Under the pieces are notes generated by a model that worked only from the letters and a program-made list of their open reading frames with translations, was not told the DNA's origin and did no database searches. Positions 18,508 through 29,611 of a stretch of 64,000 bases of DNA are shown here, one piece after another. The translations under genes and the position numbers were made by a program. This DNA comes from Abditibacteriaceae bacterium (GTDB taxonomy: Bacteria > Armatimonadota > Abditibacteriia > Abditibacteriales > Abditibacteriaceae). Every line of letters starts with the position of its first letter. Position 1 is the stretch's first letter. Location of the stretch: positions 2,272,001 through 2,336,000 of the forward strand of contig OZ255721.1 in the NCBI GenBank assembly GCA_965277285.1, read 5' to 3'.

Positions 18508-19587
18508 TTAAAGAAAGCGTGCCAGACGTTTGATCAGAAAATCGGTGTAGCGTCGTCGCGGATGGTTTTGTGTGTTGCGCAGCGTGTCGCGCACCCAGCG
18601 ATCGCGGCGCTTTTGTGGAACAAGAATCGGCTCGTCTGGCAAGCCTGATACGCCGTCACTCAGACCTTTTTTTCGCAAAGCTTCCCAATCGAAGTCCCAA
18701 ATATCCAAATGGCGAAACGGCGCTGTGCCGTGTTTTTTGAACAAGCGCAAGATGTCCCAATCCCACCAGAAAACTGCGTCCACGAAAACGCTGCTCATGT
18801 CGATGTTTCGGTGGCGAAAAGCGGCCAGCCATTCTTGCGGCACCGGACGAATCTTCCACGTCGTTTTCAAGCGTTCGTGCCAATCGTACAAACGTGTGAT
18901 TTCGGTCGCGCTTTTATGGGGAAAGTTCAGCGTTTCAAAGCAGCGATACCAGCGATCTTTGCTTTCCAGGCGCGGCATGTTGCAACGATTGAAGTGCATC
19001 AACACGATTTCGTTCAAGCGCAGGCGCGGCGCGTGTGGCACATCGGGTAAGCGGTTGCTGTGAAGCCGTGTTCCTTCGTGCGCCACGCCGTCATCCATGT
19101 AGCCAAACGGAATCCAATGTTCCTTGTCATGAGTTGAATGAAGGAAATAAAAGTCGGGCGAAGAAGTCAGTTCAACTTTCGCCATCTGGATTTGTGTGCC
19201 CGGCGGCGCTTCGAGTACTGCTTTCCATTCGGCGCTGTCAAGAATGTTGGCGGAAATGATTTCATCGGCGTCCAGCGCCATCAATAAACGAGGTGCGGGA
19301 AACTGGCGTGCCGCTGCGATGAGCAGTTTTTGGCGCTCTTCTTCGCTGTATGCGCTCGAAGCGTTTTCAATCACTGTGACGCGTTCGTAGCGCCGCGCGA
19401 TCTGGGCCGAATCGTCTTCGGAATTTTGATCGGCCACAATGATGTGATCGGCCCACAACAGCGTGCATTCCAGAAAACGCGGCAAAATCCAGGCTTCGTT
19501 TTTAACCGGCACCAGAACCAGCACGCGAGGTGCGCTCGCTGCATCGGCATGGATCGAAGAACCGAAATCAAACGGAATGTTTGTCAT
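18508..19587 (-). CDS. GT2-family glycosyltransferase
   Basis: VPVKNEAWILPRFLE, IIVADQNSED and ALDADE (DXD). Probable start MTNIP at 19587. Confidence 0.85.
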   Translation of the reverse strand: MTNIPFDFGSSIHADAASAPRVLVLVPVKNEAWILPRFLECTLLWADHIIVADQNSEDDSAQIARRYERVTVIENASSAYSEEERQKLLIAAARQFPAPRLLMALDADEIISANILDSAEWKAVLEAPPGTQIQMAKVELTSSPDFYFLHSTHDKEHWIPFGYMDDGVAHEGTRLHSNRLPDVPHAPRLRLNEIVLMHFNRCNMPRLESKDRWYRCFETLNFPHKSATEITRLYDWHERLKTTWKIRPVPQEWLAAFRHRNIDMSSVFVDAVFWWDWDILRLFKKHGTAPFRHLDIWDFDWEALRKKGLSDGVSGLPDEPILVPQKRRDRWVRDTLRNTQNHPRRRYTDFLIKRLARFL

Positions 19588-19813
19588 GTAAAGAAGAAAT
19601 ACGGCTTGCATTTTACCTGTTGCAGCCTCATGCAAAGGTTTTCTGATGTCAAAAATCGAGATTTTCAACCTGCATCGCCTTTGAGGTCGAAATATATATT
19701 GTCTTTTGATCTTTATGAGGAAGAATACCACGGATGCCGTAAAAGGTGACTTTGTTGCAATAATGTTTAGATATTGTTTACGCATTGGTTGAGGCGGTGT
19801 CTCATAGCATGGA

Positions 19814-22800
19814 GTGCACAGTTGCCAGGAGGCTCCGCAGATGTTGGAAAGTAGGAATCAGCATCAAAAGTCTGAAGAGTGTTGGGATGTGCAAAGCGAG
19901 ATGCGAATTTCCGAGATTCGCCATCGTCGCCTTTTCGAGGCGGCGCGCGACGGCATTTTGATTCTCGATGCGATGACGCGCAAAATCACCGATGCCAATC
20001 ATTTTATCGTTGAGTTGCTGGACTACTCGCGCGAGGAGTTTCTGGGTAAGGAGTTGTGGGAAATCGGTTTGCTGAAAGATGCCGCCGCCAGTGAAAACGC
20101 TTATCGTGAATTGGAGACGAACGGCTACATTCGCTACGAAAATTTGCCTTTGCAAACCAAGTCGGGACAGCGCCGCGAAGTGGAGTTCATCAGCAACCTT
20201 TATACGGAAAACGGCCACCAGGTCATTCAATGCGATATCCGCGATATTTCAGAGCGTAAGCGTGCCTCCGACATCGAGCGTGAATCTCACCATCTCTTGC
20301 AAGGAACGCTGGATGCGCTGTCATCGCACATTGCAGTACTCGATAAGACGGGAAAGATCATTGCCGTCAACCAGGCATGGCGTCAATTTTCTGAAGTCAA
20401 CCACGGCACGGCTGTTTCATGCGGAGTCGGGGTCAATTACATCGAAGTGTGCAACAATGTGCGCGATTTCTGGAGCAAGGAAGCGCGCGCAGTTGCTCTG
20501 GGTATTGAAGAAGTTAGAGCGGGTCGGCAACACATGTTCTGCCTGGAATATCCGTGTCACAGTCCCGCTGAAGAGCGCTGGTTCAATGTTTGTATAACGC
20601 GCTTTTCAAGTTATGAGCCCGGGTATGTTGTTGTCGCTCACGAGAACATCACGGAGCGCAAGACAGTTCAGGCCACGCTGCTACAAAGCGAGGCACGATT
20701 CCGCACGGCAATTGAGGAAGCGCCTCTGCCCATTATGATCCACCGCGAGGACGGCAAAGTCCTACAACTCAGCGAGGGTTGGACGCAGTATTCCGGCTAC
20801 GAGATCGAGGACATCCCAACGATCCACGACTGGGCCAGGCGCGCCTACGGTAAAAGCAGTGACGAGGCGCAAGAATACATCAACGAGTTGTATCAACTGC
20901 AGGAAACCCGCATTGAAGGCGAGTGGACGATTTGTGCCAAAAGCGGCGAAGAGCGAATTTGGGATTTTCGTTCGACGCCTCTGGGAACTTTCGGCGACAA
21001 CAAGCGCATCGTCATCAGCGCGGCGCTGGACACAACAGAGCGGAAGCAAGCAGAAGACGCCATGCGCTGGAGCGAGCTTCGCTATCGCTCTCTTCTGAAA
21101 GCCACCTCCGCCATTGTGTGGGCTACCGCGGCATCAGGCGAATTTGAAACGGAGCAGCCAGGATGGAGCGCCTTCACGGGTCAAACATATGGACATCACT
21201 GAACGCAAAGAAGCTTCCGAAGCGGTAGCACGATTGGCATCCATCGTGGAATCGTCCAGTGACGCCATCTTCAGCAAAACAATGGATGGCATTATCACCA
21301 GTTGGAACGCTGGGGCGGAGGCCCTTTACGGCTACTCGTCCACGGAAGCGATTGGCAGCTCCGTCTTGATGTTGCTGCCACCGCATCATCTTAACGAAGA
21401 ATCGCAGCTTATCGCCAAAATTGTACGGGGCGAGCGCGTGACGAACTACGAAACGGTGAGGGTTTGCAAAGATGGCCGCCACTTGGATGTTTCGCTGACC
21501 CTTTCACTCATCAAAGACGAGAAAGGCAAAATTGTTGGCGCCGCAGCTATTGCGCATGATATCACCAACCGTAAACAAGCTGAGGAGGCGTTGCGCCTCA
21601 GCGAAGAAAGGTATCGTTCACTTGCCTTGGCGACGAGCCAAATTGTGTGGTCGACGCCCGCTAACGGCATGGTGGAAGATATGCCGGCCTGGCGCGCTTA
21701 TACCGGCCAGAAAATCGAAGAAATGCAAGGTTGGGGCTGGGCGGATGCGCTGTATCCCGATGACCTGGAAGCCACGCGCACCATCTGGTTGCACTGCGTA
21801 GAAACCAAGAGCCACTACGAAACTGAGTACCGCATTCGAGGTGCCGACGGCAACTACCGTCTTTTTGCAGTGCGCGGAGTGCCGGTATTAAGAAGCGACG
21901 GCAGCATTCGGGAATGGGTTGGCACTTGTGCCGACATTCAGGATCGCCGAGTGGCCGAAGAAGAACGCGACCGCTTCTTCACGCTTTCTCTCGATATGCT
22001 GGCCATTATCAGCAGCGACGGCTACATCAAGCGGCTCAATCCGGCTTTCGGAGCAACGCTTGGCTTTTCAGATGAGGAAATGATGGCCGTGCCGTTCCTG
22101 GAGTTCGTGCATCCTGATGACCATGCGGCGACCCTGGCGGAACAAAAGAGGTTGGAAGCTGGCGCAAAGGTCATGTTGTTCGAGAACCGCTATCGTTGCC
22201 GCGATGGTTCTTATAAGTGGCTGCGCTGGATGTGCGCGCCGTTTGAAGACTTGTGGTATTGCGTGGCTCACGACGTGACAAGTATCAAGAAGTCTGCAAT
22301 GGCTTTGCACCGCGCTAATGACGAGTTGGAAATGCGTGTCATGGAACGCACAGCCGAACTGGAGATGGCCAACGACCAATTGCATGAAGAGTTAAAGGAA
22401 CGCAAGTCTGCGGAAGCAGCTTTGCGCGAAGCTCAGCAAATGTTGCAACTGGTGATGAACCAGATTCCCCAAGCCATCTTCTGGAAAGATCTCGATTGCT
22501 TATACCTGGGCTGCAATTATCGCCTGGCTGCGGATGCGGGCCTGAACTCGCCGGAAGGTATTAAGGGCAGAAGCGACAGGGATATGCCGTGGGCCGAGTA
22601 TGCGGAAGAATACCGTGCCAACGACAGACAAGTTATGGAGACTGACACCCAAAGCTCAATATCGAGGAGCAGTCGCTTCTCGCCAATGGTGATACAGTGT
22701 GGTTACGCACCAGCAAGATTCCGTTACATGACAGCGAAAACCAAGTGGTCGGAGTTCTGAGCAGTTACGAAGACATCACCGAGCAAAAACGCGCTGTCGC

Positions 22801-23977
22801 CGAAATCCATGAAGCGAGACGCGAAGCCGATGCCGCCAACCTCGCCAAAAGCGAGTTTCTTTCGCGCATGAGCCATGAGCTGCGCACGCCACTCAATGCC
22901 ATTCTGGGCTTTGGTCAAATTCTCGATAAGCAAGATTTGATGCCTTTGGCTAAAGAAAGCGTTGATTACATAATCCGCGGTGGGCGGCACTTGCTTGGCC
23001 TGGTCAACGAGATTTTGGACATCGCCAGCGTTGAAGCTGGACGCCTTGAGCTTTCTCTGGAACCGATTGCGCTGGATGACATCGTGCCCGAAGCCTGCTC
23101 TTTGATGCGGCCTCTCGCTATGGAACGCAATATTCATCTTTGCGAAGATACTTCGGAAGTCATCGGCAATTACATTCTGGCCGATCATCAGCGACTCAAG
23201 CAAGTACTTATCAACCTGATCTCCAACGCCATCAAGTACAACCGCGAGAGTGGCCAGGTCGAAGTTCTTTGCGAACCAAAATCGGACGAGTGGATGACTA
23301 TCTCTGTTCGTGACACGGGTTTTGGCATCGCGCCCGAAGACTTGTCGAAGCTTTTTGCGCCGTTCGAGCGATTGAATGCTTCGACTTCTGGGATTGAAGG
23401 TACCGGCTTGGGCCTGGTTTTGTCGCAACGGCTGGTCACGGCTATGGGTGGAACATTGGAAGTAGAAAGCATTTTGGGCCAGGGCACAACATTCATCATT
23501 GCACTGCCGCGGACAACCTCGCCCAAAGAGCAGCTATCGAATCTGCCTGAAGCTGCGCTTGCCCTAAATGCCAGCAAGGAATCGGAACGCACGTACTCAG
23601 TGCTTTGCATTGAGGACAACCCTTCCAACCTGCGACTCATCGAAATCATTTTGAAAAGCCGTTCGGATATTACCTTACTGACTGCCATACAAGGCAGCGT
23701 GGGTTTGGATTTGGCGCGCCAGCATGAACCCGACATTATTCTTCTCGATTTGAACTTGCCCGACATTCATGGCAAAGACGTTTTGGCGCGCTTGCAACAG
23801 TCGGCGATCACCAGAGATATTCCGGTCATTATCATTAGTGCCGATGCCACGTCAAATCAAGTGGAGCGACTGCTGAAAGATGGCGCCAAAGCTTATCTGA
23901 CCAAGCCCCTTGATGTCGTCCTGTTCCTCGATACTTTGGAGGAATTTCTTCTCCCGAGGTTGGAAATCGCCGTATAA
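19814..23977 (+). pseudogene. Multi-PAS hybrid sensor histidine kinase (PAS x ~7, HisKA, HATPase, REC) split into three ORFs
   Basis: ORFs 19814-21202, 21114-22760 and 22697-23977 are consecutive parts of one protein (repeated DITERK, SRMSHELRTPL, EGTGLGL, LLDLNLPD). Breaks at ~21186 and ~22648-22650. Confidence 0.82.
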
Positions 23978-24006
23978 CCAAGTCATTAATGCGGGAAAGG
24001 AAGCTG

Positions 24007-25023
24007 ATGATATTAGAAAGTTCTCTTAAGCGAGGAAAAATTCTCATTGTCGATGATGAGAAGGTGAACATTCGATTTTTGGAAATCATTCTTCAACAAA
24101 ATGGTTACTCCAATGTTTATAGCACCAATGACTCTCGCCAGTCGCTTACCTGTTTTTGTAATATGCAGCCCGATATTGTGCTGTTGGATCTTGCCATGCC
24201 GCACCTGGATGGCTTCGCTGTAATGCAGCAACTGCATCGAAAGATGGTTGACAACCCAGTTCCTATCCTGGTTCTTACTGCCGATGTCGCTTCGGCTGCC
24301 AAGCACAGGGCGTTGAAAGAAGGCGCCAGCGACTTCCTCACCAAGCCTCTCGATGAAACTGAAGTATTGTTGCGTATCAGCAATTTGCTACAGGCTCGCT
24401 TTTACAACACCTTGCTGGAAGACAAAGTCCGCGAGCGTACGCAGGCTTTGGAAAACGCCCAACTGGAAACCTTGCAAAGGCTGGCACTGGCCGCCGAATA
24501 CCGCGATGATGACACAGGACTTCACACCAAGCGCGTGGGCATCATCGCGCGCTATATCGCCCATGCGATGGGCTTGCCTGAGGCTCAGGTGGAGTTGATT
24601 TTTCGCGCCGCGCCGCTCCACGATGTCGGGAAAATTGGCATCACCGATGCCATCTTGCTCAATCCTGGCAAGTTGACCGAAGAAAAGTTTGCTATTATGA
24701 AGCAACACACCGTCATCGGAGCGGAAATGCTTTCCGGCAGCACTTCGCCCTGGCTCCAACTGGCGGAAGAAATTGCTCTCAGCCACCACGAACGATGGGA
24801 CGGCCAAGGTTATCCACACCAGTTATCAGGCGAAGATATTCCTTTAGTGGGGCGCATCGTCGCCGTGGCGGATGTCTTCGACGCTCTCACCCACGCGCGT
24901 CCTTATAAAAAGGCGTGGTCAGTCGCCAGCGCTGCCGCTGAAATCGCGGCGCAAAGTGGCAAGCAGTTCGACGAACGCGTGGTGCAGGCCTTTATGACGC
25001 TCTCGCTCGAAACTCTCATTTGA
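24007..25023 (+). CDS. Response regulator with HD-GYP phosphodiesterase domain (RpfG-like)
   Basis: REC (IVDDE, LLDLAMP, KP) plus PLHDVGKIG and [11 protein letters not shown]. Confidence 0.93.
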   Translation: MILESSLKRGKILIVDDEKVNIRFLEIILQQNGYSNVYSTNDSRQSLTCFCNMQPDIVLLDLAMPHLDGFAVMQQLHRKMVDNPVPILVLTADVASAAKHRALKEGASDFLTKPLDETEVLLRISNLLQARFYNTLLEDKVRERTQALENAQLETLQRLALAAEYRDDDTGLHTKRVGIIARYIAHAMGLPEAQVELIFRAAPLHDVGKIGITDAILLNPGKLTEEKFAIMKQHTVIGAEMLSGSTSPWLQLAEEIALSHHERWDGQGYPHQLSGEDIPLVGRIVAVADVFDALTHARPYKKAWSVASAAAEIAAQSGKQFDERVVQAFMTLSLETLI

Positions 25024-25431
25024 AGACAATACGTCTGAAGACAATGCATCGCCGACTTTCTCACTCCATTCCTCCACTCCTAAAAAACCTCTGTAGAACC
25101 ATTTGAAGAATAAAATCAGCTTCTTTTGAGGAATAAGAAAATACTGCGGCCTTACTGAATGAAGCGCCTTCGCTTCTCATGATGCAGTATCTGGATCAGG
25201 GCACAGCGAAATGAGTAGCGCTTTTCGTTGTGCTACAGTTTTTGGTAATCAAATGGTGAGTTCTCTGGCTGTTAACGAACCACTACCCAGTTTTCTGCGC
25301 TGTTATTGCGTAGTCTGTATAACCAAAACGCGACAAGGCTGACGTTCCTTTTGGCTTTGAAAGGCGGCTTTTGGCTGCCGAGGAACTTGCTTTTTGGAAA
25401 TTTTGTTTGCGCGAAAAACAAGGATCAATAG

Positions 25432-27228
25432 ATGGCGACAAAATGCTCAATAAGCCGTGACCAGGCGCCAAATGGCAGATTTCTCATCCCACTTTTTTGC
25501 CTGCTCGTCATATTGAGTGCCACGTTTGGTTCTTTGCTCGTGTGCTCTAAACCTGCAAGAACCAATGATCAAAGATCCGCCGCTTCCATTCGTCGGCAGC
25601 TTCCTCATTCTCGCACGCTGATCTCCAAAATAAAGGTTCTCAACGCTCAGGCGACCACATCGAGTACTCGAAATGCGCTTTCGGTCACCCTTGGCAAAGG
25701 CGTTTTGTGGTTGCGGCACCGCTTGGGATGGGCGCTTTTCTCTGGCAGCACGATTGTGTTGGCGTTGTTGGCGGGAAGAGCGATGCGGATGCGCCGTCTG
25801 CGCTCGACGGTTCCTGAAAACGTTCCGCTGCCCGACACAGACGAGGAAAACGCGCGCCTGCGCTTTCTTCTGGAAGGTGAGCGAAAGCGTGAAAAACAGC
25901 GCGAAGATTTGTATTGGAAAATGGCGATGAACGCGACGGACGTGTTGTATATCATGTATCCAGGCGAAGGCACGATCGAGTGGTATGGACAAATCGACAA
26001 GATGTTGGGCTATACGCAGAACTCGTTTCCTCGCACTGTCGAGGCTTGGGCCGACAGCATTCATCCCGAGGAAAGCGAACGCATTATTACGATGTACAAG
26101 GATTCTTGTCGCACTGGCCAGGAATTCAAAGTCGAGTATCGAATGCGCCACCGCAACGGCAGCTACCGCGACTGGTCGCATCGAGGTCGCCCCATTTTTG
26201 GCGAACAACAAGACTTGCTTTCCTTTATTGGTGCCTGCGCGGATGTCACCGAGCGCAACAGCGCCCAAAGAAAAATTCGTGACAGCGAAGACCGTTTGGC
26301 GCGCATTCTCGAAATCAATGCCGACGCCATTCTCTTGTGCGATCGCGCCGGATGCATTACCTTCGCCAACCGCGCGGCGGAGCTTTTGTTTGGCACGGGA
26401 CGCAACAACATCGTCGGTCAGCCTTATGATGGCGGTTCTTGGACGATAACGAACAATAACGGAGAAGCTCTGCCGCAAAGCGAACAGCCGCTGGCTCGAG
26501 TACTCGATGCGCAAGACGACATGGTTCAGGTCGAGCATTGCATCGAGCAGAGCAACGGAAAAATCACCGTCGTTTTGGTGAATGGCGCGCTCCTTTGCGA
26601 CGAAAAAAGCGAAGTCAGCGGCACCGTGTTGTCGATTACCGATATTACAGGGCGAAAAGCCGCCGAAGACCGCCTCGCCTGGCAAGCTTTTCACGATCCT
26701 TTAACGGGTTTGCCGAACCGAGCATTATTCATGGATCGCTTGACTCACGCGTTGACTCGTGCTGCACGCTCGGGCGCGCGTATCGCCGTGTTTTTCCTTG
26801 ACCTGGATAACTTCAAAAAAACCAACGATTCACTGGGGCACGATGCAGGCGATGAACTTTTGCGAACTACAGCGCAGCGCCTGCAACAAGCGTTGCGCGC
26901 GTCCGATACAGCGGCTCGTTTAGGCGGCGACGAATTTGTCTTGCTGCTGGAAAACATTGCGATGCCATCCAATGTACAGATCGTCGCCGATCGAGTACTC
27001 GATGCTTTGCTGCAACCCGTGATGCTCAAAAACGCGAGCGTTGTGGCACCGCCCAGCATCGGCATCGCACTGAGTACACCCAATTGCACGCCCGTCGAAT
27101 TGCTCGGTTGGGCCGATGCCGCGATGTATGTTGCAAAAACCAATGGCAAAGGACGCTACGAGTTTCACGACGAATGTTGTGCACCGGAGCACCCAATAAC
27201 CGCAACTGAAACTTCACTCACCGCGTGA
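25432..27228 (+). CDS. Membrane-anchored PAS-PAS-GGDEF diguanylate cyclase
   Basis: HDPLTGLPNR, DLDNFKKTNDSLGHDAGD and RLGGDEF. Two PAS domains and N-terminal hydrophobic segments. Start uncertain. Confidence 0.9.
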   Translation: MATKCSISRDQAPNGRFLIPLFCLLVILSATFGSLLVCSKPARTNDQRSAASIRRQLPHSRTLISKIKVLNAQATTSSTRNALSVTLGKGVLWLRHRLGWALFSGSTIVLALLAGRAMRMRRLRSTVPENVPLPDTDEENARLRFLLEGERKREKQREDLYWKMAMNATDVLYIMYPGEGTIEWYGQIDKMLGYTQNSFPRTVEAWADSIHPEESERIITMYKDSCRTGQEFKVEYRMRHRNGSYRDWSHRGRPIFGEQQDLLSFIGACADVTERNSAQRKIRDSEDRLARILEINADAILLCDRAGCITFANRAAELLFGTGRNNIVGQPYDGGSWTITNNNGEALPQSEQPLARVLDAQDDMVQVEHCIEQSNGKITVVLVNGALLCDEKSEVSGTVLSITDITGRKAAEDRLAWQAFHDPLTGLPNRALFMDRLTHALTRAARSGARIAVFFLDLDNFKKTNDSLGHDAGDELLRTTAQRLQQALRASDTAARLGGDEFVLLLENIAMPSNVQIVADRVLDALLQPVMLKNASVVAPPSIGIALSTPNCTPVELLGWADAAMYVAKTNGKGRYEFHDECCAPEHPITATETSLTA

Positions 27229-27463
27229 CGCTGGCAAAAGACAAGGGCAGAAATGATGCAAGATTACACAAGGAGAACATTTCCGATGCGAGTTTTAGCC
27301 GACGTCTGGTGCGTCGCGGCGTAGATTGTAGCGCTTTTTGGGACAACTTCTTGGAATAATCCTCTTGAGGCAGTACGCGTTGGAACAGCCCGTGCAGGCG
27401 GACTTGGCGCCGTTTGAAGCCGCGACTTCAGTCGCTGGGCGAAGGTGGCAACTTGGGTTATTT

Positions 27464-28072
27464 ATGGTTACAACTTTGACTTTCTCATCCACGGAAAAAA
27501 TGGCTGCTGTTATCGAATCGTTTTTGCGCGTGATAGAGACCAAAGACTGGAAACTGCGTCGTCACTGCGAACGCGTGGCAGTTCTGGCGGGTCTTGTGAC
27601 ATCGCATTTGCCGTTGACTGAAGCGGAGCGACAACTGCTGCGCCACGGCGCTCTGCTGCACGACATCGGTAACATCGGTATTCCCGACACGATTTTGCTG
27701 AAGCCCGGCGGCCTGACCGAAGTGGAATTGGATGAAGTGAAGTTGCATCCGATTATCGGCGAGTATATGGTTTCGCCGCTGGAAAGCTGCGATGCGATAC
27801 GTCCCTTCATTCGCTCGCATCACGAGAAACTGGATGGCAGCGGTTATCCCGATGGACTTATTGGCGACGAGATTCCCAGGCTGGTACATATTCTTTCGGT
27901 CATTGATGTTTACGATTCACTGCGCTCGGAGCGCGCTTATCGCCATGCGTTTACGCACGAAGAAGCTTTGAGGATTTTGCGCAAAGAAGTCATTGTTGGT
28001 TGGTGGAATGCCGATATTGTTGATTTGCTGGCACAAAGAAAAGTCGCCGAGAGCGCACTCGGATCGCTTTAG
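27464..28072 (+). CDS. Stand-alone HD-GYP domain protein
   Basis: LLHDIGNIG and HHEKLDGSGYP. Confidence 0.88.
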   Translation: MVTTLTFSSTEKMAAVIESFLRVIETKDWKLRRHCERVAVLAGLVTSHLPLTEAERQLLRHGALLHDIGNIGIPDTILLKPGGLTEVELDEVKLHPIIGEYMVSPLESCDAIRPFIRSHHEKLDGSGYPDGLIGDEIPRLVHILSVIDVYDSLRSERAYRHAFTHEEALRILRKEVIVGWWNADIVDLLAQRKVAESALGSL

Positions 28073-28292
28073 TTTTGAATAAAAGTGCATTCACTGAACT
28101 GTTTCGAGGTATCTGTCGGTTAGGTTTGTTGGCTGTGTTTGCGGTTTAAGAAAGAAACTGGCGACCACGATGTCAAATAAATCGCTTTATAATACAATGC
28201 TTTGATGAATCGTTTTGGGCAAGGTTCACGACAAAGCATTTTGATAGTTTTGGCAAGCGCTGTTCGGCGACACGAGTGATGAGGGAAATTTT

Positions 28293-29417
28293 ATGACATT
28301 TATAACAACGGTCACGGAAGATATTCTTAAGCAGGCTAAGATTCTCATTATTGATGATGAAAAAGCCAATGTGCGCCTTTTGGAGGTTATTCTTCAACAC
28401 GCGGGGTTTCCTCACGTTCATAGCACGACCGATTCTCGTCAGGCGCTGAGTCTTTTCCTGAGTGTCGAACCCGACCTTGTCCTCTTAGATTTGAGTATGC
28501 CGCACCTGGATGGCTTTGCTGTGATGCAACAATTGCCTCCGGAAATGATTAAAGCTGCCACGCCTATTTTAATACTCACAGCCGATGCTACGCGAGATAC
28601 GCGTCATAAGGCCTTGAAAAGCGGCGCCAAAGACTTTTTGACCAAGCCTTTGGATGAAAGTGAAGTGCTGCTTCGTATCAACAATCTGCTGGTCACGCGC
28701 TTTTATGGCCTGACCCTTGAAGCCCGAGTGCAGGAGCGCACGCGCGAGTTGGAAGAAGCACAAAATCAAAGTCTCGAGCATATGCGGCTTTTGGAAGACT
28801 CGCAGGCCGAGATGTTAGGTCGCTTGGCGCAAGCCGCCGAATACAGGGATGATGACACCGGCCACCACACTTATCGCGTCGGGCGCATTTCCGGTTTAGT
28901 GGCGAAATCGCTGGGTCTCCCCGATCATCAGGTCGATTTAATCCGTCGTGCGGCGCCGCTCCACGATGTCGGAAAGATCGGCATCTCAGACGCTATTTTG
29001 CTCAAGAAAGGGCCTCTCACGAGCGAAGAGTTCGTCAAGATGAAGACGCATACGCATATTGGAGCCAACCTGCTGGCAAACGGGCATTCAAAGCTTGTCA
29101 AAGTCGCTCATCTCATCGCTCTGACGCACCACGAGAGATGGGACGGCACCGGTTATCCGCGCCAATTGAAAGGGGAGCAAATTCCAATCGAAGGCCGCAT
29201 TGTGGCCATTGCGGATGTCTTCGACGCCCTGACGCACGAGCGACCTTACAAAAGAGCGTGGTCGATGAGCGAAGCCCTGGCTGAAATCGAAGGCCAAAGC
29301 GGTCGCCAGTTTGATGCACGTATCGTAAAGGCCTTGTTGACCTTGCCACCCCGAGAACTGACGCCAATCCACGAAGCTCTGGGCGAAACCAAGATCATTG
29401 ATGAAGCAAATCTTTAA
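28293..29417 (+). CDS. Response regulator with HD-GYP domain, paralogue of 24007-25023
   Basis: REC plus PLHDVGKIG and [11 protein letters not shown]. Confidence 0.93.
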   Translation: MTFITTVTEDILKQAKILIIDDEKANVRLLEVILQHAGFPHVHSTTDSRQALSLFLSVEPDLVLLDLSMPHLDGFAVMQQLPPEMIKAATPILILTADATRDTRHKALKSGAKDFLTKPLDESEVLLRINNLLVTRFYGLTLEARVQERTRELEEAQNQSLEHMRLLEDSQAEMLGRLAQAAEYRDDDTGHHTYRVGRISGLVAKSLGLPDHQVDLIRRAAPLHDVGKIGISDAILLKKGPLTSEEFVKMKTHTHIGANLLANGHSKLVKVAHLIALTHHERWDGTGYPRQLKGEQIPIEGRIVAIADVFDALTHERPYKRAWSMSEALAEIEGQSGRQFDARIVKALLTLPPRELTPIHEALGETKIIDEANL

Positions 29418-29433
29418 CAATGACAGAAAAACA

Positions 29434-29495
29434 GAGGCACAGACGACAAAAGCGAACATCGAGTACTCGATGTTCGCTTTTGTCGTCTGTGCCTC
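29434..29495. terminator. Perfect 62-bp palindrome centred on TCGAGTACTCGA, between convergent genes
   Basis: GAGGCACAGACGACAAAAGCGAACATCGAGT|ACTCGATGTTCGCTTTTGTCGTCTGTGCCTC. Confidence 0.8.
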
Positions 29496-29611
29496 CAATC
29501 TATTTGAAATCGAAGCGCTTGTTTTAAAACTTTCATTCGTAGTCGACAGGACTCTCATTATAGAACGATCAACTTTACGATTCTGCCATGAAGAAAATCA
29601 AATAACAGAAC

